Below are positions 9,933-19,501 of a stretch of DNA of 64,000 nt, in pieces. Position 1 is the stretch's first letter. Each line of letters opens with the position of its first letter. The DNA comes from a bacterium. GTDB lineage: Bacteria > Actinomycetota > Acidimicrobiia > Spongiisociales > JAHEDJ01. The DNA lies in contig JAHEDJ010000001.1 of assembly GCA_024641325.1 (NCBI GenBank), positions 23,594 to 87,593 of the forward strand. Reading direction: 5' to 3'. A program made the translations under genes and the position numbers. The notes beneath the pieces are model-generated. The model ran no database searches. It was not told the DNA's origin and was given only the letters and a program-made list of their open reading frames with translations.

Positions 9933-10705
9933 AACGGCTTCTCGCGGCGTTGTTCGTGGTGTTGGCGGCCTGTTCCGGTGGTGGGCAGGAGCGGGTGATA
10001 GTCGCCGCCGGGACCACCCTGGTCGACAGTGGCCTTCTCGACGCAGTCGCGCGTATCTTCGAAACCCAGCATCCCGGCATCGACCTGAGCGTTGTTGGGG
10101 AGGCTACGGCTCAGGTGCTCGAACTGGGGAGGCGTGGCGGCGCTGATGTGGTGATCGCCCATGCCCCGGAGCTGGAAGCGAAGTTCATCGAAGACGGCCT
10201 GGCAGCACGCTATGAGCTGGTTCTGTCCAGTACGTTTGTGATCGTCGGCCCTCCGGGCGGGGCTCCTTCCGGAGCCACCTCGGAGGTGTTGAGTGCGCTG
10301 GCCGGAAGTGGGACTCCGTTCGTGAGTCGTGCAGATGGAAGCGGAACCTACGAGGTAGAGCGACGGCTGTGGGCGGCTGCCGGCATCAACCCGGATGGAC
10401 ACGCATGGTATCTCGAGACCGGGCAGGGCATGGGTTTGACTCTGCAAGTCGCCGACCAGCGGAAGGCCTACACGTTGAGCGAGCTGGGGACATTCCTGGC
10501 TGCCTCAGGGTCCCTCTCCCTCGAACCGGTCGAGATCAGTGACCTCCCGCAGAATCCATATCACCTCATTGTCGTAGCGACCTCGCCGGCACGGGCGGCG
10601 GGTGAGCTGTTCCTCGACTGGCTCATCGGGCCGGACGGCCGGGAAGCGATCAGACGAGTGAACCTCGAGCTCTTCGATCAGGTGGTCTACGAGCCCGCCG
10701 GTTGA
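9929..10705 (+). CDS. tupA: Tungstate ABC transporter substrate-binding protein (TupA-like)
   Basis: The product has a lipoprotein-like N-terminus (LAACSGG). The motif VAAGTTLVDSGLLDAV resembles the TupA TTTSxxxSGLLD anion-binding motif. The GTG start overlaps the tupC stop. Confidence 0.58.
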   Translation: MKRLLAALFVVLAACSGGGQERVIVAAGTTLVDSGLLDAVARIFETQHPGIDLSVVGEATAQVLELGRRGGADVVIAHAPELEAKFIEDGLAARYELVLSSTFVIVGPPGGAPSGATSEVLSALAGSGTPFVSRADGSGTYEVERRLWAAAGINPDGHAWYLETGQGMGLTLQVADQRKAYTLSELGTFLAASGSLSLEPVEISDLPQNPYHLIVVATSPARAAGELFLDWLIGPDGREAIRRVNLELFDQVVYEPAG

Positions 10706-10780
10706 TTTCAACCTCCCACAACGTTATCCCGCGGTGATCCCACGCTATATGGGCGTATTCCAGGGCGAGGACAAACAGGG

Positions 10781-11389
10781 TCAGAGCTCGGCGCCGGGGT
10801 TGCTGGGTGCTTCTTCCCAGGCACGAAGGAACTCGGCTGCTTCTGGTGAATTGTGCAGGGCCGCGAAGCGGGCGACCTGAACACCGACGTCACGAAGGCG
10901 TTCGAGGTGGCGAGTGCGGGTCGGAGATTCGGGAGCCAGGGCAGCCGAAGCATCTGGAACGGCGGCCTGCTGGGGGATCACCCACGCATGAAGTGCCCGG
11001 CCGATCGCCCGCAATCCCTGGAGGGCGTGGGAGGCTCCCATCGCGCCACCCGACACACCGACGAGTCCGACGATCTTCCCCTCGAATTCGTCGAATCCCA
11101 TCAGGTCGATGGCGTTCTTCAAGAGTCCGCTGTATCCGCCGTGATACTCGGGGGTGCCGATGATCAACCCGTGTGCCGTCCTCACATCCTCACGGAGGCG
11201 GACAACATCGGGTGAAGAGCTCGTATCGTCCTCGTTGCAGAACGGGAGATCATATTCGCGCAGGTCGACAAGCCGGGTTGCGGCTCCTGATTCCGCCGCT
11301 CCTTCTAGGGCGGCCAGGACTGCAAGTCGAGTCTTGCTATCTTCCCGGAGGCTGCCGACTATGCCGGCAATGATGATTTCCTGGGGCAC
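10781..11389 (-). CDS. NADPH-dependent FMN reductase family protein
   Basis: The 202-aa product belongs to the FMN_red family (IIIAGIVGSLREDSKTR...GTPEYHGGYSGLLKNAID). It uses a GTG start. Confidence 0.7.
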   Translation of the reverse strand: MPQEIIIAGIVGSLREDSKTRLAVLAALEGAAESGAATRLVDLREYDLPFCNEDDTSSSPDVVRLREDVRTAHGLIIGTPEYHGGYSGLLKNAIDLMGFDEFEGKIVGLVGVSGGAMGASHALQGLRAIGRALHAWVIPQQAAVPDASAALAPESPTRTRHLERLRDVGVQVARFAALHNSPEAAEFLRAWEEAPSNPGAEL

Positions 11390-11438
11390 GCCGGCACCCT
11401 AGTAGCCGGCCTACGTCTAGTGACCAGCAGCGAATAGC

Positions 11439-12236
11439 TCAACTCCGCGGGAGGATGCGCGCCAGCTGGCGACTCAACGCGACCAGATTCCCTTCTGAGT
11501 CCCAGATTTCGCCGTCTTCCTCGACATGACTCTCGACCAGGAAGCGGGAGATGAACCATGCACGCAGCCAACCTGGTGCCGGTTTGGCACGGAAGTGGAT
11601 TGTGAGTTCGATTGTCGGCACCCAGCCGAACCGATCGAGGTTGAGAACCGTCGGGGGAAAGGCATCTGCGAAAAAGGCAAGTGAAAGCAGGTCGGGCGGG
11701 CGTCCATCTGCGAAACGAATCCATCCTCCGGTCTCGGGACGCCCGACAGGTTCTCCGACTGCTCCTCCGGCAACGCTCGGCTCGAGCCGAGCGTCCACCC
11801 GGTGGTGAAGCTCGAGTGCTGCGAGGCCGCCTTCGTTTCGAACGCACCCGTCCGGAGGCGGCATGGGTGGAGGTGCAGCGGTGACGAAGGTGGGTCCCTC
11901 CGAAGCGTCGAGGTCTCCGTAGGTGGCCAGCATTCTGAGTCTCTCACGACCGTCCTGAAGCAATCGTGCGCAGGCCGTCGACAGGGTCCGGCCCCGCCTC
12001 AGGACTTCGACCTCGATGGTGGCCGGCGCCCCCGAGTTGACACGCCCGAGGTAATGGCTCGTGACCGTCAGCGGATCGGGATGAGGCAACTCACGACCGA
12101 CGGCCGACAGAGCAACGGCAGTGAGATAGCCGCCGTTGGGAATGGTGCCGATGTTCCACCCCGTCGAGATCTCGGCCGACCATGCGCCGTCACCCAGCGG
12201 CGTAACCGCCGTGTCGCGATCGAACTCGAACGGCAC
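11439..12236 (-). CDS. Acyl-CoA thioesterase II-like (double hotdog) family protein
   Basis: The 265-aa product has TesB-like length and composition. The call is tentative. Confidence 0.45.
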   Translation of the reverse strand: MPFEFDRDTAVTPLGDGAWSAEISTGWNIGTIPNGGYLTAVALSAVGRELPHPDPLTVTSHYLGRVNSGAPATIEVEVLRRGRTLSTACARLLQDGRERLRMLATYGDLDASEGPTFVTAAPPPMPPPDGCVRNEGGLAALELHHRVDARLEPSVAGGAVGEPVGRPETGGWIRFADGRPPDLLSLAFFADAFPPTVLNLDRFGWVPTIELTIHFRAKPAPGWLRAWFISRFLVESHVEEDGEIWDSEGNLVALSRQLARILPRS

Positions 12237-12677
12237 CTAGGGGACCACTACCACAGGGCAGTTGGAGTAGTGGACGAGTCGGTCGGCAACGGATCCCATG
12301 ACAAAGCGCTCTATCAGCCCGGCGCCGCGCCGGCCGATGACCAGCAGGTCGGCGTCGACGTCGTCGCAGTAGTGCACGATTGCTCCGGCAGGGTCGCCCA
12401 GTTCCTCGTTCACCTGATAGTCGATACCCTCGAGGTCGACCTCGCGGATGGTGCGGTCCAGAACCTCCTTCTGTGCTTCGACCAACGATTCGGACAATGC
12501 TCTGGCAGGCGGTGGCGCTCCACCGATGCCCCACCAACCCTCAGGCGGGCGCACCACCGTGAGGATGTGCAGCTTGGATCCGTTGCGCCTCGCCATCTCG
12601 GCTGCCAAACGAGTGGCTTCGATGCTGCGGTCCGAACCATCGACCGCGGCCACGATCACATTCGGTGCCCAGACCAT
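12237..12677 (-). CDS. Universal stress protein (UspA family)
   Basis: The 146-aa product runs VIVAAVDGSDRS...LLVIGRRG...GSVADRLVHYSNCPVVVVP, fitting the UspA family. Confidence 0.8.
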   Translation of the reverse strand: MVWAPNVIVAAVDGSDRSIEATRLAAEMARRNGSKLHILTVVRPPEGWWGIGGAPPPARALSESLVEAQKEVLDRTIREVDLEGIDYQVNEELGDPAGAIVHYCDDVDADLLVIGRRGAGLIERFVMGSVADRLVHYSNCPVVVVP

Positions 12678-12788
12678 CTTCGACCTCCTATCTACCTCTA
12701 TCTCACTCTACGTCGTGCCGGCTTCGAACGGCGGGTTTGGTATGCGTCGCACTGTGGGGCAAGATTGATCGTTGAGGAGGTAGAGCCC

Positions 12789-14375
12789 ATGCGGCCCAAA
12801 GTTGTGATTGCCGAGACTATCTCGCAAACCGGGATCGATGCCCTCGGTGAGCACTGTGCTGTGGATGTGGCTGCCGGCGTCGACCGGGCCGACTTGTTGG
12901 ACCGGGTGGCCGACGCCGATGGATTGATCGTTAGGTCGGAGACACAGGTCGATGCCGAATTGATTCAGGCTGCTCCCGGCCTCCGTGTGGTGGGTCGAGC
13001 CGGGGTGGGAGTCGACAACATCGACCTTCGAGCTGCGACAGCCGCCGGAATCCTGGTGGTGAACGCTCCGCAAGCCAACATCATCAGCGCTGCAGAACAC
13101 ACGATGGCTCTGCTGCTCGCGCAAGCTCGCAACGTCGCCTCCGCAGATGCAAGCATGCGGGCGGGTCGCTGGGATCGGAAGAAGTACCAGGGCATCGAAC
13201 TGCACGGTAAGACACTCGGTGTTATCGGTCTCGGCCGGATCGGATCGCTTGTTGCTCAACGGGCGCTGTCGTTCGGGATGCGTCTCATCGCTTTCGATCC
13301 CTATGTCTCGTCTGAACGCGGACGTCGGCTCGGCGTTGAAGTCGCCGACCGTCTCGACGACTTGCTGGCCGAGGCGGATTTCATCACCGTTCATCTTCCC
13401 CGCAACAAGCAGACCCTCGGTCTGATCGGGAACGAGAACATCGCCAAAATGAAGGACGGCGTGCGAATTATCAATGCCTCGCGCGGTGGCATCGTCGACG
13501 AGCAAGCTCTGGTCGAAGCCGTACTGTCCGGCAAGGTGGCAGGCGCAGCCCTGGACGTGTTCGACCGGGAGCCTCTGGCAGACAGCCCTTTGCGAGACGT
13601 CCCTGAGATCGTCCTGACTCCTCATCTGGGCGCATCGACTGTCGAAGCGCAGGACAAAGCAGGGGTCGATGTCGCTAATGCGGTTGGCGCCGCATTGCGC
13701 GGCGAACTGGTCCTCTCTGCCGTCAACGTGGATCTCGGTCGGGACGTGGCGGACGAAACCCGCGAGTTTCTCGGCGTCGCCGAGTACCTGGGGGCCATCT
13801 TCTGTCGCGTCGCCCAGGGTCTTCCCGACCGCCTCGTGGTGAGAACCGAGGGCCGGATCGCCGGTTTCCCGATCAGGCCGTTGCGGTTGTCGGCGCTGAA
13901 AGGAGCTTTCAACGTCATAAGCTCCGCACCCGTCTCGTTCGTCAATGTCGAGGCTCTGGCTGCCCAGAGTGGCCTGGCAGTGGAGGAGGAGGCGTCGACG
14001 GAGTCCGACGAGTTCGTTTCGCTGCTGCGCCTCTCAGGTGTCGTAGGCGGCCGGGTTGTGTCGATCGCAGGGACCATCGGGCGCAAGGGTCCGCACCTGG
14101 TTTCGATTTTCGGACACGACGTGGAGCTGTTGATGTCTCGCCACATGTTGCTGATCCGCAACTCGGACGTGCCGGGCGTGATCGGACGGGTCGGCACCTA
14201 TCTGGGAGACATCCACGTAAACATCGCCAACATGGCAGTTGGCCAATCACCCGAGACGGGTAGCGCCGCGATGATGGGCCTCAGTCTTGACAAGGCACTC
14301 GATGAGCAGCAGATGGCCGGGCTCAGAGCGCTGGAAGGTGTCGAAGAAGCGCAGCAGGTGGAGCTTCCCATCTAG
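12789..14375 (+). CDS. serA: D-3-phosphoglycerate dehydrogenase
   Basis: The start MRPKVVIAETISQTGIDAL is preceded by a GAGGAGG SD sequence. Domains for NAD-binding 2-hydroxyacid dehydrogenase and a C-terminal ACT regulatory region are present. The ORF-track N-terminal extension 11802-12788 is not coding. Confidence 0.85.
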   Translation: MRPKVVIAETISQTGIDALGEHCAVDVAAGVDRADLLDRVADADGLIVRSETQVDAELIQAAPGLRVVGRAGVGVDNIDLRAATAAGILVVNAPQANIISAAEHTMALLLAQARNVASADASMRAGRWDRKKYQGIELHGKTLGVIGLGRIGSLVAQRALSFGMRLIAFDPYVSSERGRRLGVEVADRLDDLLAEADFITVHLPRNKQTLGLIGNENIAKMKDGVRIINASRGGIVDEQALVEAVLSGKVAGAALDVFDREPLADSPLRDVPEIVLTPHLGASTVEAQDKAGVDVANAVGAALRGELVLSAVNVDLGRDVADETREFLGVAEYLGAIFCRVAQGLPDRLVVRTEGRIAGFPIRPLRLSALKGAFNVISSAPVSFVNVEALAAQSGLAVEEEASTESDEFVSLLRLSGVVGGRVVSIAGTIGRKGPHLVSIFGHDVELLMSRHMLLIRNSDVPGVIGRVGTYLGDIHVNIANMAVGQSPETGSAAMMGLSLDKALDEQQMAGLRALEGVEEAQQVELPI

Positions 14376-14420
14376 CGAGCGTATGCGCGGGTGGGAGGTA
14401 GCAGACGGTCGTTGTACGTT

Positions 14421-14867
14421 TTACGTGAGTACCCGGAACGCCCATCCCGCAGCCAGCCCGTACAGGCCCGCCACAAGGTCGTCCGCCGTGATTCCCCAGC
14501 CGCCACGGAGCCGTTCTGCTACTCCGACTCCCGGGGTCTGTTTGAAGATATCGGCGATACGAAAGACGACGAAGGCGACGGCTGCGGACCAACCCAACAA
14601 CCCGATAGTGGCCAGGAACATACCGGCCGCTTCGTCTACCACAACCCAGGCCGGATCACCCTCATCTGCGAAGTGACCGGAAGCCCAGACCGACACGGCC
14701 GAAACGGTGACCGCGGCCAGCGCTTGAACCCACCAGCCCATTACTCCGAATCCAATAGACATCAGTAGCGCCAATGCAGCGCCGATGGTGCCGGCTCCGG
14801 TATCGGAACCACGCATTGCTCGCAAGAGCAGGCCGGATCCGAACCATGAGGCGATAAGTCGTGGCAT
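14421..14867 (-). CDS. pgpA: Phosphatidylglycerophosphatase A
   Basis: The product is a PgpA-like hydrophobic protein with a DEAAG motif. I chose the internal start MPRLIASWFGSG. Confidence 0.6.
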   Translation of the reverse strand: MPRLIASWFGSGLLLRAMRGSDTGAGTIGAALALLMSIGFGVMGWWVQALAAVTVSAVSVWASGHFADEGDPAWVVVDEAAGMFLATIGLLGWSAAVAFVVFRIADIFKQTPGVGVAERLRGGWGITADDLVAGLYGLAAGWAFRVLT

Positions 14868-14877
14868 TGGCGGGAGG

Positions 14878-15402
14878 CTAATCGCCATCGGCCGCCGGCT
14901 TGTGACCGTGTGCCCACGTCGCATAGCCGAGTGCAATGAATCCGAACAGCATCAACTGGGGGGCTAGAACGCCCCCCGTGGCGGTCAGTGATGGGAGCAG
15001 GCGTTTCCACGGCCCCAGTGTCCCCATTCTCCAGGCGGCGAAGCCAAGCAGACCGAGGCCGACGGGGAGCAAGATCAGGAAGCCGGGGGCAATTGCAGCA
15101 AGTGACGCATAATCAACGAGCGAGTCGTCCCCCCGCGCCTCTCCGTAGGCTGCCACGACGTAGCCCATGGTCACCAGAAGCACTGCCACCTCAGCGATCC
15201 AGAAGCCGGCCGTCATGATCGAGGTCCGACCCTCGGAGTGAATGGCCAGTAATCCATGGACGCCCCATCCGAGGAGAGGAGCGAAGAAGGCTGATGCTGC
15301 GAATGCGACCAGATCGCTCTGGAAGCCCGCGACCACGAGAATGAGCGCCGCCCCTGCTGCGCCGGCTACTCCCGCGGCTCGGCTCGATTGTGCATTGATC
15401 AT
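14878..15402 (-). CDS. Hypothetical polytopic membrane protein
   Basis: The roughly 175-aa hydrophobic product takes its start from the internal MINAQSS. No family was recognised. Confidence 0.35.
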   Translation of the reverse strand: MINAQSSRAAGVAGAAGAALILVVAGFQSDLVAFAASAFFAPLLGWGVHGLLAIHSEGRTSIMTAGFWIAEVAVLLVTMGYVVAAYGEARGDDSLVDYASLAAIAPGFLILLPVGLGLLGFAAWRMGTLGPWKRLLPSLTATGGVLAPQLMLFGFIALGYATWAHGHKPAADGD

Positions 15403-15595
15403 GGGTTCACTCACATAACCAGCTGTTGTTCGGTCGAGTGCACGGTAACCAAAACGTGGCCGGCAGCCACACGGTGGGCTATGGGCCTCTTCCAACAGCC
15501 GGACGCCTCTGCAGGCGGTCAACGCCGGATTGCCCCAATCGGTGACCCCTCCACTTGCCACTAGATTCTCAAATGCAGAACCTCGAAAGGACATC

Positions 15596-17515
15596 ATGCA
15601 GTCTTCCGATCTCGCCCGTCTCGCCGTTCCTTCGGACCCGCAAATCAGTCCGGACGGCTCCCGGATTGCGTTCGTGGTGTCCCACCCATCCGTCGAGCAA
15701 GATCGCTACAACCGATCGATCTGGGTTTGGGACGGAGAATCCGCCCGACCCTTCACCCATGGTCCTTCCGACTTCAATCCGCGCTGGTCTCCCGACGGAG
15801 AGTCCCTGGCGTTTCTGCGCGGAGGAGAAACGCCAGAACAGCGGCCACAGGCGGCGGTGATGCCGGCCGGCGGTGGCGAGGGCAGAAAACTCACGGAGAT
15901 TCCTCTGGGATGTGAGGAGTTGGAGTGGTCCCCCGATGGTTCGGCACTTGCGGTCGTCGGGGTCTCGTATGTAGATGAGTGGTCGGATCTCAACGATGAA
16001 GAGCGCGCCCGCAAGCCTCGTCGCGTGACGGATGTGCCGTTTCGATTCGACAACATGGGTTGGACGCACGACCGCAAGCGGCACGTGTGGCTCGTCGGTG
16101 CCGATGGAGACACCGAACCCCGCTGTTTGACCGAAGGCGAGCATGATGAACGGTTCATTGCCTGGCGGCCGGATGGCTCTGCGGTCGCGTTTTACACAGA
16201 TCGATCTCCGCGGCGGGCGTTCGAGGACGGCGCCGACCTGTTCGAAGTCGATATCGAGACCGGGGAGCTGAGACGAATCGCCGACCGCGGCTCTTGGGCC
16301 TTTCCGACTTTCAGGCCGGACGGGCGGCTCCACGCAGTCGGTGATCCGGTCCCCGGCAGCTGGCCGAACTTGATCTCCGTCTGGAGATTCGATCCAGAAC
16401 CCGTGGATTTGACCGGTCACCTCGACCGCAATGTCTACTCGATGACTCTCGGTGTGACACCGCGTGGCCCCCAGTGGCACGGCGGCTCCTTCTTTTCGGT
16501 CATCGAGGATGCGGGTCGTGTCGGCGTTGTCAGAGTGCATGAAAACGGGGTGGTAGACCATCTCGTCGACGGCGACCGAGCGGTGAAAGGCCTGACCGTC
16601 GACGGTGCCGGTCGACGCCTCGCCATGATCATCAGCAGTCCAACCGATCCGGGGGAGGTCTATCTCTGGGAGGACGGCGAGGAGCGTTGCCTCACCGACC
16701 TGAACGCCGAGTTCCGTGAGCGGGTACCGATGGTCGAACCGGAGCACTTCCACGTTGTCTCCGGCGGTATCGAAGTGGATGCATGGGCCTACTTACCACC
16801 CGGTGAGGAGAGCGTCCCGGTGCTGCTCAACATCCACGGCGGTCCAGCCAGCCAGTACGGATGGGGTTTCTTCGACGAATTCCAGGTGTTTGCAGGCGCC
16901 GGCTACGCGGTTGTTGCGTGTAACCCACGAGGCTCGACTGGTCGGGGATTGGAGCATGTCAGGGCCGTTGTCGGAGATGGATGGGGGGTTGTCGACGTCG
17001 AGGACGTCACGAACACGATCGAGGAAGCGCTCCGCAGATATCCGCGCCTCGACCCGGAACGAATCGGTGTGATGGGGGGTTCCTACGGCGGGTTCCTCAC
17101 CGCCTGGTTGATTGCCAAGGACCATCGCTACGCATCTGCAGTGGTGGAGCGAGCGCTGCTCTCGTTCACATCGTTCGCCGGTACATCCGATATCGGCGCC
17201 ACGTTCCCGAAGGCCTATGCGGGAGTCGATCTGGTTGAAGATCCCGACATCCTCTGGCAGAAGAGCCCGTTGGCGATCGCAGACCAAATCCAAACTCCAA
17301 CACTCATCCTCCACTCTGAGAACGACTTCCGCTGCCCGATCGAGCAGGCCGAGCAGCTATTCGTGATCTTGAAACGGCAGGAAGTCGATACCGAGTTCCT
17401 TCGTTTCCCCGGTGAAGGCCACGAGTTGTCTCGCTCCGGCAAGCCGAAACACCGGCAAGAGAGATTTGATGCAATCCTCGATTGGCACGGGCGCAAGCTG
17501 ACCTCCGCCGGGTAG
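15596..17515 (+). CDS. S9 family serine peptidase (prolyl oligopeptidase/acylaminoacyl-peptidase type)
   Basis: The product has an N-terminal beta-propeller-like region and a C-terminal alpha/beta hydrolase domain with GGSYGGFL (GxSxGG). The start MQSSDLARL is preceded by a GAAAGGA SD sequence. Confidence 0.8.
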   Translation: MQSSDLARLAVPSDPQISPDGSRIAFVVSHPSVEQDRYNRSIWVWDGESARPFTHGPSDFNPRWSPDGESLAFLRGGETPEQRPQAAVMPAGGGEGRKLTEIPLGCEELEWSPDGSALAVVGVSYVDEWSDLNDEERARKPRRVTDVPFRFDNMGWTHDRKRHVWLVGADGDTEPRCLTEGEHDERFIAWRPDGSAVAFYTDRSPRRAFEDGADLFEVDIETGELRRIADRGSWAFPTFRPDGRLHAVGDPVPGSWPNLISVWRFDPEPVDLTGHLDRNVYSMTLGVTPRGPQWHGGSFFSVIEDAGRVGVVRVHENGVVDHLVDGDRAVKGLTVDGAGRRLAMIISSPTDPGEVYLWEDGEERCLTDLNAEFRERVPMVEPEHFHVVSGGIEVDAWAYLPPGEESVPVLLNIHGGPASQYGWGFFDEFQVFAGAGYAVVACNPRGSTGRGLEHVRAVVGDGWGVVDVEDVTNTIEEALRRYPRLDPERIGVMGGSYGGFLTAWLIAKDHRYASAVVERALLSFTSFAGTSDIGATFPKAYAGVDLVEDPDILWQKSPLAIADQIQTPTLILHSENDFRCPIEQAEQLFVILKRQEVDTEFLRFPGEGHELSRSGKPKHRQERFDAILDWHGRKLTSAG

Positions 17516-17527
17516 ACCTGCGAAGAT

Positions 17528-18448
17528 ATGCCAATGGAGAATTCGCAGTTCATATGGATGGACGGGGAGTTGGTGGCGTGGGAAGACGCGCAAGTGCATG
17601 CGCTCAGTCACGGACTTCACTACGGCACCGGGGTTTTCGAGGGGATACGCGCCTACGAGACGGCCAACGGCCCCGGTGTATTCCGCCTGACCGAGCACAT
17701 GGAACGGCTGCATCGGTCGGCCGCCGCTTACGGCATTCCCCTCGAATGGTCGGTCGGACAACTGGTCAATGCGACGCGGGAGGTGGTGAAGGTCAACTCG
17801 CTTCCATCGGCCTACATACGGCCGCTGGTAACGCTCGGAACCGGATCGCTGAGCCTGGATCCGAGGGCCTGTTCGACGGTCACGGTCATCGCCGCCTGGC
17901 AGTGGGGCGCCTACCTCGGCGACGAGGGGGTCAAGAACGGGATTTCGGTAGGTGTCTCCTCCTGGAGGCGGTTCTCTGAATCCACGCTCATCGCAAACGC
18001 CAAGGGAACAGGCGGATACTTGAACTCGGTGCAAGCGAAGCTCGAAGCCCTGCGCGCTGGTTTCGATGAGGCGATCATGTTGAATACCGACGGACTCGTT
18101 GCCGAGGGCAGCGGCGAGAACCTGTTCCTGGTCCGCGACGGCGGTGTCCTGACTCCGCCTGTGACGGCCGGAATTCTGGACGGGATCACCAGGCGTTCAG
18201 TAATGCAACTCCTGCGTGATGACGGCATCGAAGTCAGCGAGGTTTCGCTGTCACGTAGCGATCTCTACTACGCCGACGAAATGTTCTTCACCGGGACCGC
18301 TGCCGAAGTGACTCCCATCCGGTCGATCGACCATCGACGGGTCGGCAACGGGCACCCGGGGCCGATCACGCTTCGTGCCCAGGACTTGTTCAGGCAAGCG
18401 GTTACCGGCAAACTCGAGGCATATCAGAACTGGCTTGATTTCGTCTAG
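17528..18448 (+). CDS. ilvE: Branched-chain amino acid aminotransferase
   Basis: The 306-aa product matches IlvE-type fold-type IV PLP enzymes (FIWMDGELVAWEDAQVHALSHGLHYGTGVFEGIRAY). Confidence 0.85.
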   Translation: MPMENSQFIWMDGELVAWEDAQVHALSHGLHYGTGVFEGIRAYETANGPGVFRLTEHMERLHRSAAAYGIPLEWSVGQLVNATREVVKVNSLPSAYIRPLVTLGTGSLSLDPRACSTVTVIAAWQWGAYLGDEGVKNGISVGVSSWRRFSESTLIANAKGTGGYLNSVQAKLEALRAGFDEAIMLNTDGLVAEGSGENLFLVRDGGVLTPPVTAGILDGITRRSVMQLLRDDGIEVSEVSLSRSDLYYADEMFFTGTAAEVTPIRSIDHRRVGNGHPGPITLRAQDLFRQAVTGKLEAYQNWLDFV

Positions 18449-18458
18449 GAGATCACAA

Positions 18459-18956
18459 ATGGGTCAACAGCCCAATATCGAATTCGACGCCGACCGCATC
18501 CCCCGGTCCACTCCCGAACCCGGTGCTGCGCGTGGCTGGAAACCAAATCGGCCGGGAGAAATCAACTCGCCGAACGACATGCCAACCGGAGGTGTGTTTG
18601 GCAATCCAAGCCCAGACACAGGATGGGTAGTCAAGCTCGTTGCGCAGGCGGAGTTCGATCGGTCATCGACCGCCCTGGAGAGCGTGGTCGCCACGATCGC
18701 GTCCGTCCGCGCGTCAGTGTTCGGCCGCGGCCCTGTTCCGGACGACGTCGAGGCCGCCCTGATCGTTCTCGGCTTGCGGACCGACGGAATGCCGGCCGAA
18801 ACACAGGAGCGTCTGGCTCAGCAGCGATCGATCTGGCTGAGCAAGGTTCCTCACGAAGTCGTGCGGGGCCGGTCGGTCCTCGACGATATCGACCGGAAGT
18901 TCTTGCATCGGCCCCTCGACGAGATACGCCGTGGGATAGTCGAACAAACCGCCTGA
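18459..18956 (+). CDS. Hypothetical protein
   Basis: The 165-aa product has its start after an AGGAG SD sequence. No recognisable family was found. Confidence 0.35.
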   Translation: MGQQPNIEFDADRIPRSTPEPGAARGWKPNRPGEINSPNDMPTGGVFGNPSPDTGWVVKLVAQAEFDRSSTALESVVATIASVRASVFGRGPVPDDVEAALIVLGLRTDGMPAETQERLAQQRSIWLSKVPHEVVRGRSVLDDIDRKFLHRPLDEIRRGIVEQTA

Positions 18957-19501
18957 TGGAACCGTATCGTTACATCACGGGGACCGTGCTCCCCGTGCCG
19001 GATCGCGAGGCGCTCGTGCGAGTCCCGACCATGCATCTTCCGTGGTGCTTCGGCTGCGGCCCTGAGAACGGCGAAGGGCTCGGCTTGCGGCCCCACTTCG
19101 TCGATGATCGAGTAGAGGCCGAAATCCAGTTTGCTCCCCGATTTCAGGGAGGCCCGGGCCTGGTTCACGGCGGCGCAATCTCCGCCTTCTTTGACGATTT
19201 GATGGGTTTTGTCATGATGGCGCACCAGCGTCCGGCAGTTACGGCCAGGCTGGAGACGAATTACCTCAGGCCGATTCCTCTTGGCATCACATTGCACGGG
19301 CAGGCCTGGTTGTCAGATCAGGACGGCCGCAAGATGTGGGCAGAGGCGGTCGGTGAGGATGACCACGGCAAACGGTATATCGAAGCGAAGGCGCTTTTCC
19401 TGCCGGTGATGGCAGAGCACTTCGCAGATACGATGAAGTACATGGACCCGGGGCAAGCTGCCAAGCTCTCCAGGTACGAGAGAGACGAGTATTACCCATG
19501 A
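18956..19501 (+). CDS. PaaI/4HBT-family hotdog thioesterase
   Basis: The product carries the motif CFGCGPENGEGLGL...GLVHGGAISAFFD typical of PaaI-like thioesterases. Its start overlaps the upstream stop (ATGA). Confidence 0.65.
   Translation: MEPYRYITGTVLPVPDREALVRVPTMHLPWCFGCGPENGEGLGLRPHFVDDRVEAEIQFAPRFQGGPGLVHGGAISAFFDDLMGFVMMAHQRPAVTARLETNYLRPIPLGITLHGQAWLSDQDGRKMWAEAVGEDDHGKRYIEAKALFLPVMAEHFADTMKYMDPGQAAKLSRYERDEYYP

Noticed and set aside
9119-10447. 442-aa minus-strand ORF
   Set aside because: It is antisense to tupC/tupA. The product is Arg/Ser/Pro-rich with no domain signal. The sense-strand genes have clear ABC motifs.
11802-12788. 5' extension of the serA ORF (857-aa track ORF)
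   Set aside because: The frame is open upstream only by chance. It overlaps the antisense of the thioesterase and usp genes. An SD sequence GAGGAGG plus an ATG at 12789 give a canonical 528-aa SerA.
12708-13625. 305-aa minus-strand ORF
   Set aside because: It is antisense to serA.
15569-16753. 394-aa minus-strand ORF
   Set aside because: It is antisense to the S9 peptidase gene and has no recognisable domains.
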